This document shows positions 1 to 12,400 of a stretch of 64,000 bases of DNA, in pieces. The notes below the pieces were generated by a model. That model ran no database searches, was not told where the DNA came from, and saw only the letters and a program-made list of their open reading frames with translations. The position numbers and the translations under genes were made by a program. The stretch is taken from the NCBI GenBank assembly GCA_964658305.1, contig OZ210885.1, positions 14,570,001 through 14,634,000 on the forward strand. Direction: 5' to 3'. The stretch comes from Leptogorgia sarmentosa. Taxonomy: Eukaryota. How positions within the stretch are numbered: position 1 is the first letter of the stretch; the number at the start of each line of letters is the position of its first letter.

Positions 1-327
1 CATTTTTCCGGTAAGTTTGGAATGATATTGTTCGCAACTTATTACACCCTTGCCGAAAGCAATTGCTACAAAAAAGTTTGCTGTTTTCCCACCGCTCCCC
101 TCTTTTTTCCCTTTAGACGTATACACTAAACCCTCTCCAGCCTTTCGCCAATTTCGTGCTCCACTTGATCTGGCTTCATTGTGGGGATTCGTTTTGTGTA
201 CAAATCCAACACCGTCAAAGTAAAAGCTAATCCCTTCCGTCCAGAATTCCTCTTTAAGCTGTTTCAAAACTTTCTTTGCAAAATTTGCTCGTTTGTTTTT
301 ATCGGCTTCGGTAAGAAGACCCTTCTT
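1..327 (-). mobile_element. Tc1/mariner-superfamily transposase fragment (runs off the left edge of the window)
   Basis: The minus strand 327->1 is open for 109 codons: KKGLLTEADKNKRANFAKKVLKQLKEEFWTEGISFYFDGVGFVHKTNPHNEARSSGARNWRKAGEGLVYTSKGKKEGSGGKTANFFVAIAFGKGVISCEQYHSKLTGKM. This fits Tc1-type transposases (KKxLLT..R..FA linker, first catalytic Asp in ISFYFDG). It is not in the ORF track, and the frame breaks upstream of 327. Confidence 0.8.
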
Positions 328-1471
328 TATAACGTACATACTGATTTCAAGTTAAACCATTAACTTTACAACTGTTATGGACTTGGCTTGTTTCCTATCC
401 GATTATTTTAGTTATCCATGTGGAAATTTCCGGGGAAAATCTGACTGTGCACTCTGCTTAGACTAAGTATAACTGGCGGCGTATATGAACTCTCCCTTAC
501 TTCGTTCAATGTAGTTTGTATTTTCTTTAAATTTATAAGAATATGATTCGATTATGAGTTAGTGTCCTTATATATACAAATATTAAGAATATAATTTTCT
601 ATTCACATTAATTATTATATAACTACAATAAAATCAAAGTCAAAGACACTCGCGCAAACATTTGAGGCTAAACCATTTTGAAGCCATCCATCAGAAAACT
701 CGGTCAAAGCATCAGGATGCCCCGCTACCCACCTCCCTCCCCCCCCCCCAACTGCCAATGTCGATCAGTTCGAGATGTCTCCGATTGTTGTGGTTGCTTG
801 TTTTTATCTATTTCAAAAGATTGCTACGAAAAGAAAATAGCCACAGCACACTTGATACCTTAGGGGAAAACCCGCCTTTCTATCGACTGTAAATTCATTG
901 TTTCTTTGCTAATTGACAATAGTTGAATGTTATTTTATGTTCACAAGAGTGACTGCTTATGCTAAATAAACTACAACAATAAATATATTTGATAAAGTTT
1001 GATGAATATATCGAAAATATGTAGAATGATTTTCGTGATTGCAATTATACCATGATCGGGGACGCTGGTTTTATCTATTTCAAAAGACTGCTTGGAAAGG
1101 AAAAGAGCTGCATGCATGAAATATTGTTGTTTTTCTTTGCAAATACCAAATAGACATGATAAAATGTTTTAAACATATGATTTAAGTTGTTTGTTCAATG
1201 TCATAGTGAGACGATAGTTTCTAAGTACTAATTAATGTCGCGTCAAATTTGCAAATATTTCATTGAAATTTAGAGCGCATTGGATTGTGTCCCCAAAAAA
1301 AAAATTTTTCATTTGTTATATATTAGTTTCGAATGACCGAGATGCAGTATCGAGTTACATGTGTTCGTGAAACACGAGGCCAGTGTGAAGAACACATAGA
1401 ATTGTGTTCACATCATTCACAGTGAACAGATGTGTGCTTTTCCGCTCTGACAGAATTAAAGAGCATTTACA

Positions 1472-3329
1472 ATGGAGAATAAAGAGAAGACTGCGGGAAT
1501 TAGCCTGCTACATGGTCTAGGTATTAGTCATAAAGGAAAGATTGTATGGACTTCGTCATTCGAAGCGTTACAGAGTTTGTTCAGGGAAGCTTTAAATTTG
1601 TAAAACAGAGATTGGTCGGCGGGAGGGCAGGCGAGTTTTTATGAAAACAACGATGTAGCTCTTAGGTGGTACACAGATACTAAGTCAATCACACTTGGTG
1701 GCAAACTCGCGAAAGAATTGGAGAAGAAGCTCGATGGCTTCTATATCACAGAACTTAGTAAATGAAGGCATGCCTAATTCTGTCAACGAAGCTGCCAAAG
1801 GTATTCAAATTGCATCAAGCAAGTCTAAGGATCAAAATCTGCATACGGAAGACAATAATGCATTGTTTGAAAACGTAATTAACTCGAAAGCCACTCAATG
1901 CTCTCAAGAAGACAATGCCATCTCCAACTCTGATGATTTCAAACTTACCATAATGACCTGTGTCGAAAATATGAACAGTAAAATGGATTTTCTTATCAAC
2001 GAAGTGAGTGATAATAAACACAGAAGACTGAACGAACTAACAATGTTCGAGGAAGCTCTTGAAGGTTTAAACAAAGAAAACTTGAAAGTTATAAAAGAAA
2101 ATATTGACTTGCAGGAGAGGGATAAATATTTATCACTCATTATGTCCGATTTAAGCGTGGAATTAAAGGATCAAGAGCAGGAAATAAAACGTCTGATCAC
2201 TGCAATTAAGCTCCTCCAAGGTGACAATAAACAAAATAAACAAAATCAACAAGAGGATAGACAGACTACATCCTGGCATACCATACCACCACCTAAAGTG
2301 AAATCCAGAGCGGCGCCTGCACATTGGAAATATTGAAACAAGTAATCAATTCGAGCTGCTTAGTGATGACGAGAATGACGAAACCCGGTCTGATATATCC
2401 CTAGTGTCTCAAAACCAACGAAAACAACCAAAGTACACTTGTGATATGTATCAGAAGCAACCTCCATCCAACGCCAAAGGACCCCAACGTTCATCTCGTG
2501 ATCACCGATTAAGTCATGCCAAGGAAGCACCACGTCCAGACACAACAACCCCTTGGTGAACAAAGAGATATCCAGGCTCACCAACCCTCCAATATTAATC
2601 ATCAGGATGGTCGACAAAGAGACGTCCAGATACAACGACCCCCTAGTGAACAAAGAGAAATCCAGGCTCACCAACCCTCTAGTGGACAAGGTGTACCCAG
2701 GGCCGAACAACAACCCACCAGGGCTCATCATCAAGACAGAAATAGAGTTGTTATTTTGATAGGGGACTCTATAATAAAGCATATAGAACCAAGGAAATTG
2801 TCACGAAAGCGAGTGTATAAATATTCATTTCCAGGAAAAAAGGCCGAAGACATTGCAAAGGAAGTTTACACTATTACTGTGCCAGAAACCCATGATGTGT
2901 CTCGCGTAATAGTCCATGCTGGTACTAAACAATCTCCGAACTGATTCTGCCAATCAATGTGTACAAAACATAAAGAATTTGATAACCAGTGTGAAAGACA
3001 AGTTTCCTAGCGCCAAGATTGGAATCTCTGGCTTGATCATGAGGTATGATATTGAAGTCACGTCCAAAGTGCAAGAAGTGAATAAAGATCTCAGACAAAT
3101 ATGTAAGAACTATGATGCCCATTTCATAGACAATACTAATGTTGACACATCAGGATTAAATAACAGTAAGCTACACCTAAACCCAAAGGGATCTGCAGTG
3201 CTTGCTGTGCAAATAATTAAATTTTTGAGAGGAAGTAGATATACGTCCCAAAAACAGGATTTTCAGAAATCAGTTATAAGACAGATGGAGAATCTACTCA
3301 GGAGACTATCCAGACAGCCAGAACGGTGA
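1472..3329 (+). pseudogene. LINE ORF1 (N-terminal domain, coiled coil, Q/P-rich linker, SGNH/GDSL esterase), disrupted
   Basis: ATG at 1472 reads MENKEKTAGISLLHGLGISHKGKIVWTSSFEALQSLFREALNL*NRDWSAGG...LRWYTDTKSITLGG. A coiled-coil region follows (1695-2336 piece). The esterase blocks LIGDSIIKHI, VIVHAGT/NNL and SKLHLNPKGS are split across frames (2516-2944, 2916-3329). Confidence 0.8.
2531..2683 (+). repeat. Internal ~60-bp duplication with 90-bp period in LINE ORF1
   Basis: cacgtccagacacaacaaccccttggtgaacaaagagatatccaggctcaccaaccctc at 2531 recurs as gacgtccagatacaacgaccccctagtgaacaaagagaaatccaggctcaccaaccctc at 2620. Confidence 0.8.
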
Positions 3330-5985
3330 CTATAAAAGGGATATTGCCAAGTAATTTTAATCCTGGTCCAGTTTTTAATGATAAAGAAATTGCCGGGCGG
3401 GAGTATGAACCTGTGCTGTTGGGTGAAAACCGTAAGTGTGTTGATATTAATTATAAATCATTCAGTAAAGGTTTGGTGATGGCCTCACTAAACATTAATA
3501 GCCTTGTTGCTCATATTGATGAATTCTGAGTCTTTATGAAAGATTCCAATATTGATATTGTTTCAATTAACGAAACAAAACTTGATTCCTCAATTAATGA
3601 TAACGAGGTTTATATATCCGGTTATGAAATAGTAAGAAAAGATAGGAAAAAAAAAAAGACGACATGGAGGGGGTGTCTGTATCTATGTAAGATGCAATCT
3701 TAATTACAAAATTCGCGAGGAATTAAGCTCTGACGAATTAGAGTACTTAACTATCGAGATCACTAAACCCCGGACTAGATCACTAATAATCAGTACTTGA
3801 TACAGGCCTCCAGACTTGCCAGCGTACCACTTTGATTGCTTTGAAAAAATAGTAGGAAAAGTAGACACGACAAATCATGACTATTTTCTGCTCGGTGATA
3901 TAAATGTTGATCTTATGCCGGGTGTATCAGTCAACGCCACTAAATTAAATGATATCTTTGAAGTCTATGGCCTAAAACAACTTATTACAGATCCTACTAG
4001 AACAACACCATATTCTTCTACTTTAATTGATCTTCGTGAACTTTCTATAAGTGATCATGTATTAGTCTATATGACACACAAGGTTAACTACAAACAAACA
4101 GGTTCACGACTTGTTCAAATAAGAAACATGAAAAGTTTCAATAGAGGAAACTATATAAGAGATTTAGAACAACAAGTATGGACGGACGTGAACTTAAGCA
4201 ATGATCCCAATGAGATGTGGGCAAAATGGAAAAATATGTTAACAAATTGCATTGACAAGCATGCACCACTCAGATTAAAAAGAGTTGGGAAAAAGAATTC
4301 CCCCTGGATCACTAGTCAATTAAGGCAAACCATGCGTAACAGGGATTTCCTAAAAAAGAAAGCCAAACAGACTGGCGATCCATTAATATGGGAAAAATAT
4401 AAAGATGTACGAAATTGCACGAGTAATGAAATTAAAAAAGCAAAAAGTCAATATTTTACTAATAAGAAAAATCCAAGATCAACCTGGAAACTTATTAACA
4501 AATTAAATTCTCGCAATACTTCTAGTAACAAAACTATATCTAATATCAAACTGGATGATGAAATTCTAACTACACCCAAGGCATATTGCTGAGACATTTA
4601 ATTCTCACTTTGCTAGTGTGGGTCAGAAATTAGCGTTTGATATACCACCAACAACTGTAAGAATATGTTGTCCCAGCTCAAACTACATTTTCAATGATAT
4701 CCCCTACTGTAAATGCAGTCTTTAAGAAGTTAAAAGCAATCAATGAACGGAAAGCAACTGGTCCTGATAAAATACCTTGTAAGCTTCTCAAAATTGCAGC
4801 AGAGACCATTGCTCCATCGCTAACTCAAATATTTGATAAAAGTATAAGAACGAGTATATCCCCTCATGATTGGAATCTAGCGAGCAAAAAGGGTAAAAAA
4901 GATGATATGGACAATTATAGACCAATATCTGTTATTTCAGTTGTTGCAAAGATTTTTGAAAAGCTGATTTTTGAGCAGTTGTATGAGTATCTAAACAATA
5001 ACGATCTAATAGCAGCATCTCAGTCTGGGTTTCGGCAATTGCACAGCACATTAACTGCCCTAATGGAAGCCACAGATAAGTGGTCAATCAATATAGATAA
5101 TGGGCTTCTTAATGGAGTAATTTTTATTAACCTTAAAAAGGCATTTGATACTATTGATCACACCATACTCTTGGGGAAGTTGCAAATGTACGGTGTTGAC
5201 CAAAATGGTGTCAGGTTCTTTGAATCATACCTAAGTAATCGCAGTCAAAGATGTTGCGTTAATGGTTAATATCTGATGCTGTTAACATAACTTGTGGAAT
5301 ACCACAAGGTACAAATTTGGGACCCTTGTTATTTTTGATATATATATTAATGATCTACCTAATTGTCTTAAAAGAGCCTCTCCAAGAATGTTTGCAGATG
5401 ACACTAATATCAGTGTCGCTGCAAAATCCGTTGCAGAGCTTGAACTAATAATCAACTCAGAAATGAAAAATCTTCATCAATGGCTAATAACTAATAGATT
5501 GAGCCTTAACCTCGCAAAAACGGACTTTATGATAATCGGATCTTGCCAACGACTGCATATGCATAACGATCACATAAGCATAGAAATTGACGGGAAAGCA
5601 ATTGAGAGAGTTAACGAAACGAAATCTTTAGGCTTACAAATCGATGAACACCTTACATGGGCAAGACATGTAGAAAATACCTCCAAAAAGATTGCATCAG
5701 CTGTTGGAGCTCTTAAATGGGTTCGCCAATTTATAGATACAGACACTGCCCTGAAAATTTATATAGCACTGATTCAACCATACTTTCATTACTGTAGCGC
5801 AGTCTGGGATGGGCTAAATACCACTCTAAATGATAAGTTGCAAAAATTGCAAAACAGGGCGGCGAGGATCATCACCAAATCTCGACATGATACTAGCTCC
5901 AGCGAACTGTTTAGTAGACTGGGATGGGATAATCTTCTAATACGAAGAAAAAAGCACAAAGCTATATTGATGTTTAAAACAATTT
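3326..5985 (+). pseudogene. LINE ORF2 (APE endonuclease + reverse transcriptase), disrupted
   Basis: Endonuclease motifs ASLNINSL, INETKLD, GGGV(CIY), LLGDIN and SDH. RT motifs KATGPDKIP, NYRPIS, QSGFR..HST, KKAFDTIDH, GIPQGT.LGP (frameshifted), MFADDT, NRLSLN and LQKLQNRAARII. Confidence 0.92.
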
Positions 5986-5990
5986 CACAG

Positions 5991-6443
5991 AACATTTTAA
6001 AAATCTCAAGATGTATTTTCCATGGTGGATATCTTTGGATGACTACTCAGTCAGCAACGTCACAACTGGAGCCGCAAATCATGACTGCCATCCAGTCACA
6101 GGAACAAACGAGCGTTATAGCATGTACGACAGGTTCCATGAAAAAAACTCCAATAACCCAGATGATGTGCTTAGAAGGCTAGCGATATGCCCACAACTTT
6201 ACGCCAACGTCAATAGCGAGTCGCATGAGCAGCTACACAGTGTCCTGAATAAGGACAATTACTTTTTGAATATGGTGCAGCCTGCAACTCACATTTTCAT
6301 GAAAAGACTTCTGGTTAATCTACGAAATGAGAAATTAAACAATCAGGAAATTAAACGCCAACAGCAGATCTTACAAAAACATGGATTAGTAGGACACATT
6401 TCTACTGATTCATTAGGAAGAATCACAATAATCGGGGATGCAG
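5991..6443 (+). CDS. Exon encoding the C-terminal part of an HMGXB3-like / KDZ-superfamily transposase
   Basis: Acceptor tttcacag| at 5990 and donor |gtatgt at 6444. Translation HPVTGTNERYSMYDRFHEKNS...LRRLAICPQLYANVNSESHEQLHSVLNKDNYFLNMVQPATHIFMKRLLVNLRN...TDSLGRI carries KDZ-type D-x-F-H and NSxxxEQ motifs. It also has the HPVT / L.CP.L / ATH...RL pattern I recall from the HMGXB3 C-terminus. Confidence 0.72.
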
Positions 6444-9400
6444 GTATGTATGACAGAATATTTACGCGATAATTAAAATACAGCAGCTGTAGGGTTTGAG
6501 GGTGAATATGTTTGGCTTGATATTCCATTGGAAAAATTAAATTGTAATGTCAAAACAATATCAAATTCATACATAAAGAATCACATGCAGTATCCATTTT
6601 TTTAATTACACAAATCTGGTTTAGAATCATCTAATTCGAATGGTGCAACTGAGGACCTGGTTGGCTGCAGTCCAGATATAAGTCAGTTTATAATTAGCAA
6701 CACTGATGATAGAGAAAGATTGATCCAAGACTTTAACAAAGAGCTTGTGCCTCGCGTAAGTATACCTGACATAAAGAAAACCTTTACGACAACACAAGTG
6801 ATTTATATAGGAATACAATTAAAGACTTTTGATAATCAGAATCATGCTTCCATTTGGGGTTTTTTTACATGCTAAATTTATTACCTAATCAAGCGGAGTT
6901 GTAATTGGCTAGGTCGTTCCTCTCCCGTAATTGTAAATATGCTTGGAGGTGGTCGGTAATTGGCTAAATGCAAGAGCTAAGGAACATTTTCTGATTTTGT
7001 AAATTTGTATATTTTGGACAAGTTATGGCCAAGACTTGTGATTGTTTTCATCATGTTTTAACTTTATCAGCAACTGTTGGTCCATGCGTTTTGTAAATCT
7101 GAACAACTGATACTTCTTTTAAATATAGGGACTGCAAAATCTACCACAACAAAATCGTTGTTACATAAACAGTTTGCTGCAATGCCTCGCGTCATGTGTA
7201 TCTGTGGAAGCGACTGGCGGTACTGAACTTATGTGGTTGTTGTATTATCAGGCACGAACCGACATCAGCGTCAAACAGGAGGACATTTCCCAGAAATTGG
7301 AGTCTTGTTTTGAAACTAGGTGGTAATAATGAGGCCGATGACCCGGGCGATTTCCTTTATAGCCTTCTTCGCTACACCTCGTCGTTAGGAGAGGAAACAC
7401 TGCAAAAGTAATATAAACAAGTTATTTATAATAGTCATCTTTTTCGCAAAATTGCACCTCGTGCTAACCCGGAGCAAGTCGCATTTCCTATATGTTAATA
7501 AATATTATGTCCGCTGTTTAACTAATAGCAGAAACTGTGTTATTTGTATAATTTCAGTAAATGCTGTGGAATTGAAAGGGTACAGTTGGTATGTCACGTA
7601 TGTCACAACAAACGTCAAGAAATACCATTTACAATTTTCAATCTTCCAAGTAAACCAGAAGTTCTCCATGCAACGGTAGAGGAAATGTTGCTGCAGTATT
7701 TTGAACACGAAGACAAACAGTTGTGCGGAGCATTTTGGTAAGAATCGTGGACAAAAACAGTGCAATAGTAAATAGCATTAACTAGCATTAACATTTTTCT
7801 TCCTTGTCTATCTCTTCTGTGGTGTATATTCTGAATAGCCTTGTGCGCAAGTTTAATTGATAATGTTGATCCAATGAAATGTTATCCCAAAATGTCACTG
7901 TTAATTGGCAAAATATGTTAAAATAAGCAATAAATTAACTTTGGATTGACATACAGTTTTGAAAAATTATGAAAGTAGTAGTTGGCAGTTTCTGGGCTGC
8001 TCTTGTTTACAGTACTGTATGTTGGGGAAATAAAGGTCTTCGAAATTACTTGGATTTCAGAAGAAGCAAAATTTTAATGTACTTTCAAAAGCCCTGCATG
8101 TGAAATGTTCAATTTCAAAGAATGTTACACTTAAAATGTAGCTATTTTGGTTTATGCCAACATGGTTTCTATGCAGCTGGGAATTAGGCCGTAGGATGAG
8201 CATCGAAAAGATGCAGTTCCGTTGCACCCCTCGTGGAACTAAATCATTTTCACATGAATGAATAGATAAAAACTTACTTTATCAGAATCCGTTGCTCCCC
8301 AAACGAAACAGGTGCACAATTGGGAGAAATATCCACTCAAAGTTTACTATTTTCGTGCCTTAAAATAGACAAACCGCCATTGTTTTGGTGAAAATACGCA
8401 TGCGCATATCAGCTATACTCGCACTGCGCACGCGCAGATAGGATATACGGATTTTCCCTGTGGGTTTTCCCTAATTTTTTCAGTAAAAACAACATAGAAT
8501 GACAGAATAGACATCAAAACTTGTGATATTAACGAATAAAAAAGAACAAACACATAATCACAAACACATATATATATTCAGTGGCTACTGTTTCAAAATA
8601 TCGTTTTGATCATTTGATGTCAAATTCTACTTGTACATCCTAATTCAAGCAGTGAACAACGAAGCAGGGTAGCTCGCCGGCTCGCACCAGTGAAGGACCT
8701 TTAACTGTAAAAGAAGGTGCAGGCACCAACTGGAAAGCTGTTATGATGGATAATCATATATAAATTAGTCATTACTGAAAAAATCCCTCTTGTTGCATTC
8801 CGAGGGCCTAAGCTCAAAACCAAAATACATTATGTATTCTACAGAAAGCTATCTAGGCTTTTGTCTGGAAAATTTATATTTCTGTATATATTTGAACTAT
8901 TACATAATTAAGTTGTTATCTGGAATGCTGAGAAAGAAATGAATCTGAGACTTGAGCACCCTCAGTGGCCTAACGGAGGGGTGTCAGGGGCCGGTTGTAT
9001 AAAAACGTAGTTAAAGTTAACGACTATTTAACTACAAAAAGGCTAGTTAAAAAGTAGTTAAGAGCTTTATACAACCGGCCCCAGGGTGTCAAGTGACGGG
9101 GCTCCCAGCGTTAAGGGCCCCCGACAAAAATTACTATAAAAAAATTGACAGCACAATTCTAAGGAATTCAATTACGAAAAACAGGCAGATTGGAAGCTAG
9201 CTGTTGTTGAGTTGCTCATTAATAATGTTATTATGTTATAATTTCACGAAAAACCAAGCTGGCATGCAAAGTCAAACAAAAACGTGCAAAGACGCGCGAA
9301 TCCGAACTTTGCATAGGGTTTTCACAGTCCAAATTGACAAAGTCTGTACGAATGGGGATTTTAATATATTTCCAATAAAATGCAAATATTATTTGTGTTC

Positions 9401-12400
9401 AGGATCCTTCGGAAGCATAATCTCAACAATGTAATAGACCTTATTCTATAGCTATTAATATCTAAGTGTGGAGATTGCGATTGTGTAGACATAAGTTGTA
9501 GTAAATCCAGCCTATTTTGGTAGTTTTAGTGGAGCAAAGGGTGGAGCAAGGTGGCGTTACGCCACTGAGCACCCTTCACACCGACACACCTAAAACCCTG
9601 GCCAGCCCAGACCATATCTTCAGAGTATACATAATAGAAACAAGAACAGTATAATTATACTTTATCAATTGGATTCGCATTATCTATATTTACACGTATA
9701 TCTAGATCTCCTGTCATGGGCAGGTTTAGCAGTCATCGTGGAAGGTAAAACGCACCTGGCGCTAATACAGCCACAAATCTATAAGACAAGTAACTTCGGC
9801 ACGAAAAACCAGTATATGGATTTTGAAATAAAGAAATAAGGATTTGAGGATTTGAGCGTAGGCCTTTAACTAACAAGTAGAATCTTATTTAGGCGATACA
9901 TAGAAGGCATGATTTAAAAGAGCCAAACGTATCTTGCCTAGTTGTCAAATAATCATTGAAATTTTTTTTGAGACTTTCTTCTATTTTATAAATATCCTTT
10001 GAAAACGTTATTGTGCAAAGACACTTGTCATATCTTATCTATTTATGTACTTTATGAATGATTCAGTATAGTACCGCGTCATGTAGACTTACCAGCGTTA
10101 GCAGGTGGAGAAAGTCGAGAAACAGTGTTTTTTCAAATGTTTCTGAGTTTGGTAGAAAAAGTTTGGTTTTCCGGGAAACAAGGAAGAGGATTTGCAATAA
10201 GAGCCAGTATTTCCAGATGTGGGAGGCAAGGAAGAATAAAAGCATTTGAACAAACATTGAAAATCTCCTTGATTTTGTACATATACAGTGGGTCTACACA
10301 AAAAAGGCTACCCTTTGAATTCAACCGCTAGTGCCGCATTCTGTGTTATTTCAGCTGAACAAAAATCCACTGCTTTCTCATTTTAAGCTCATTAATAGGG
10401 AGTTAAAACCATTCCAATTAATAAGCAAAAATAAATTTTAAAATCAAATTCAAATTCAATTTTCGTTTCTTTTCATTGTAAAATCGGGGAAAACCACTGC
10501 GATGTACTAAGATAATATAACAGCTCAGTGGAAAAAAATAAGGGAAAACCCACAGGGGAAAACCATTTGTCTTGTGCGCCTGCGCAGTGCAAATTTGGCA
10601 GACGTGCGCATGCGTATTTGCTACCAAAACAATGGCGGTTCGAATATTTCAAAGCGCGGAATTAGCAAACTTTGGGAGCATTTTTCTCCCAATTGTGCAC
10701 CTGTTTCGTTTGGGGAGCAACGGGTTCTGATAAAGTAAGTTTTTATCTATTCATTCATGTGAAAATTATGTAGTTCCACGAGGGGTGCAACGGAATTCGT
10801 TTTCTAAGCATCTTTTGCCCGCTCATCCCACGGCCTAAATGCTTAACATGCAGAATGAGATTAAACATTTACTTTCATTTTGCCATTATTAGATATCGGC
10901 AGCATTTTGATAAAAATGGAAAATTGACACTGACTATATTGACAACAACTATCAGGACTTCAATTTTCTGTTAGAGTGACATTTTGGCAACTGTGTTGCA
11001 ACATATGATAACGAATTACAGACTATGTATCACTTTACCATAGCACCTGCAGGAAAAACGAAAAAGACGTCGTAGAGTTGCGACAGCCAACTGAACTGCC
11101 TCAAAATTTGATTTGCAACATCCTTCCAGTAGACAAGAGTGGAGAAAAAGTACGAAGTCGTGTTAAGCTACAAAGAAGCATTGGATTTCACGACGTTTTC
11201 GGCACAAGGCATTCATACGGAATATCTGCTTTTATGGTACGTTGCACATGATAGCACATACGTACAGCCAAATGGACCGTTCCTTCATTACGAACAAACT
11301 TCTGAATTAGGAAAATTAATTACTAATCCTCACCACAGCTGGACGTCTTAAGAGCATCCTAAATCTGGTAAATATGGTTGCAAAAATAACTACAGTCCAG
11401 TGAAGTTTGCAGGTTTTGTATATATTATACTTTGTTAAATATTAAATAATATATCTTTATATAGACACACTATGGGAATGATGCCAACGATGGTCACTTT
11501 AACTGTACGGTCCTCCTACGTAATAAGCAATGGTTTTTAATAGACGATAATCTAGTTGAACAGCGTCGGATGTGTGAAACAGATTGGTATGGAGACGTTT
11601 ACATGCTGTTTTACAGTGCAACAGGTTTGTCCGTAGTATACATATATAGTAATTTGCATTAAAAGATAATTACAGTTAAAAATAGTCTTTAACTCATTTA
11701 TAGGTGGTTTCAACGAGGAGATTGTGAACGATGAAAGTATATCAAAGCAAGGTAAAATAGGCCATTTTTCAACTTTGTAGAGTGGTAATTTAATATTGAA
11801 ACGTTGAAAATACTGTGAATATTACACGGAAAACTAAATGTTATATATCAAAATCTAAGTTAGTCCTTCGTAAAAATACAATGCTTCTTATTTTAGTGCA
11901 ATAGCTGTTATAGGTTTTACGTTGTATGATATCAAACAGGATATAGTTTTTTGGGGGACATCCGATATATAGTTCCTATGGCTTACTCACCATATCAGCA
12001 ACTCAACGTAACTTGCAGGTAGTGAAGACGTCGCGGTCCTGACGAGTCCGCCTCAAACATACCAGTCACAAGGATTGGAGGAAGAGGTTTGTTATTTTGT
12101 AACTCTTGCACTGAAATTTGAATGTTGGAGCCGAAACATAAGCAAGACCATGATTTATAACCATCCTTAACCCCTGCTAGGTTGAGACATATTGGAATTT
12201 TAAAGAGGAACAGCAGCTGGACCAGGTTGTGTTGCATATCAACGGAATGCCACTGAGGTTTTATTGTATACCACTGAGGTCGATTGTTGAAGGGAAGGTC
12301 GTCATCTTCGAATCCCAGAGGGAGTTAATTTTGAATAAGTTTAGCTGCAATTCTCAGAGGTGAAAGAATGCGTTTTTCACCGAGATTTTTCAACACGCTC

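Larger units (their letters stand above)
1400..5985 (+). mobile_element. Decayed CR1/L2-group non-LTR retrotransposon (LINE) with two ORFs and no 3' end
   Basis: ORF1 with an SGNH esterase is followed by ORF2 with AP endonuclease and RT motifs, with several stops and frameshifts. The 5' boundary is approximate. Similarity stops abruptly after KKHKAILMFKT at ~5982. Confidence 0.9.
8185..10837. mobile_element. 2.65-kb non-autonomous DNA transposon with ~300-bp imperfect TIRs and a 3-bp TSD (Academ-like ends), inside a USP intron
   Basis: Starts TAGGCCGTAGGATGAGC (8185) and ends GCTCATCCCACGGCCTA (10837). The segment 8185-~8483 is the reverse complement of ~10530-10837 (e.g. ccgttgcacccctcgtggaacta and gttgctccccaaacgaaacaggtgcacaattgggagaaa). 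It is flanked by AAT (8182-8184, 10838-10840). The superfamily call from TAG..CTA ends, long TIRs and 3-bp TSD is inference. Confidence 0.85.

Noticed and set aside
802..1108. ~40-bp imperfect direct repeat (ttttatctatttcaaaaga.tgc) at ~802 and ~1069
   Set aside because: The similarity is real but short and degenerate, with no TSD, TIR or LTR structure to assign.
2360..2782. Minus-strand ORFs over the LINE, Gypsy and gene 2 exons (also 19037-19300, 26058-26327, 26460-26720)
   Set aside because: They are antisense shadows of plus-strand coding or repeat sequence with no independent motifs.
5292..6182. 296-aa ORF as a genuine RT fusion protein
   Set aside because: The tail after ~5985 is out-of-frame read-through into the KDZ-like exon, and the N-terminus comes from a frameshift.
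7071..7128. Micro-exon ATVGPC with a 41-nt intron before the USP Cys box
   Set aside because: Exon 6625-6755 has better splice sites and correct phases, and gives the canonical PRGL.N motif.
10058..10331. Cluster of overlapping short ORFs inside the long-TIR element
   Set aside because: No transposase or other motif is recognisable in the listed ORFs, so they cannot be supported as coding.
11139..11351. 70-aa ORF MEKKYEVV...
   Set aside because: It is an alternative frame overlapping USP exon 11044-11236 and the following intron.
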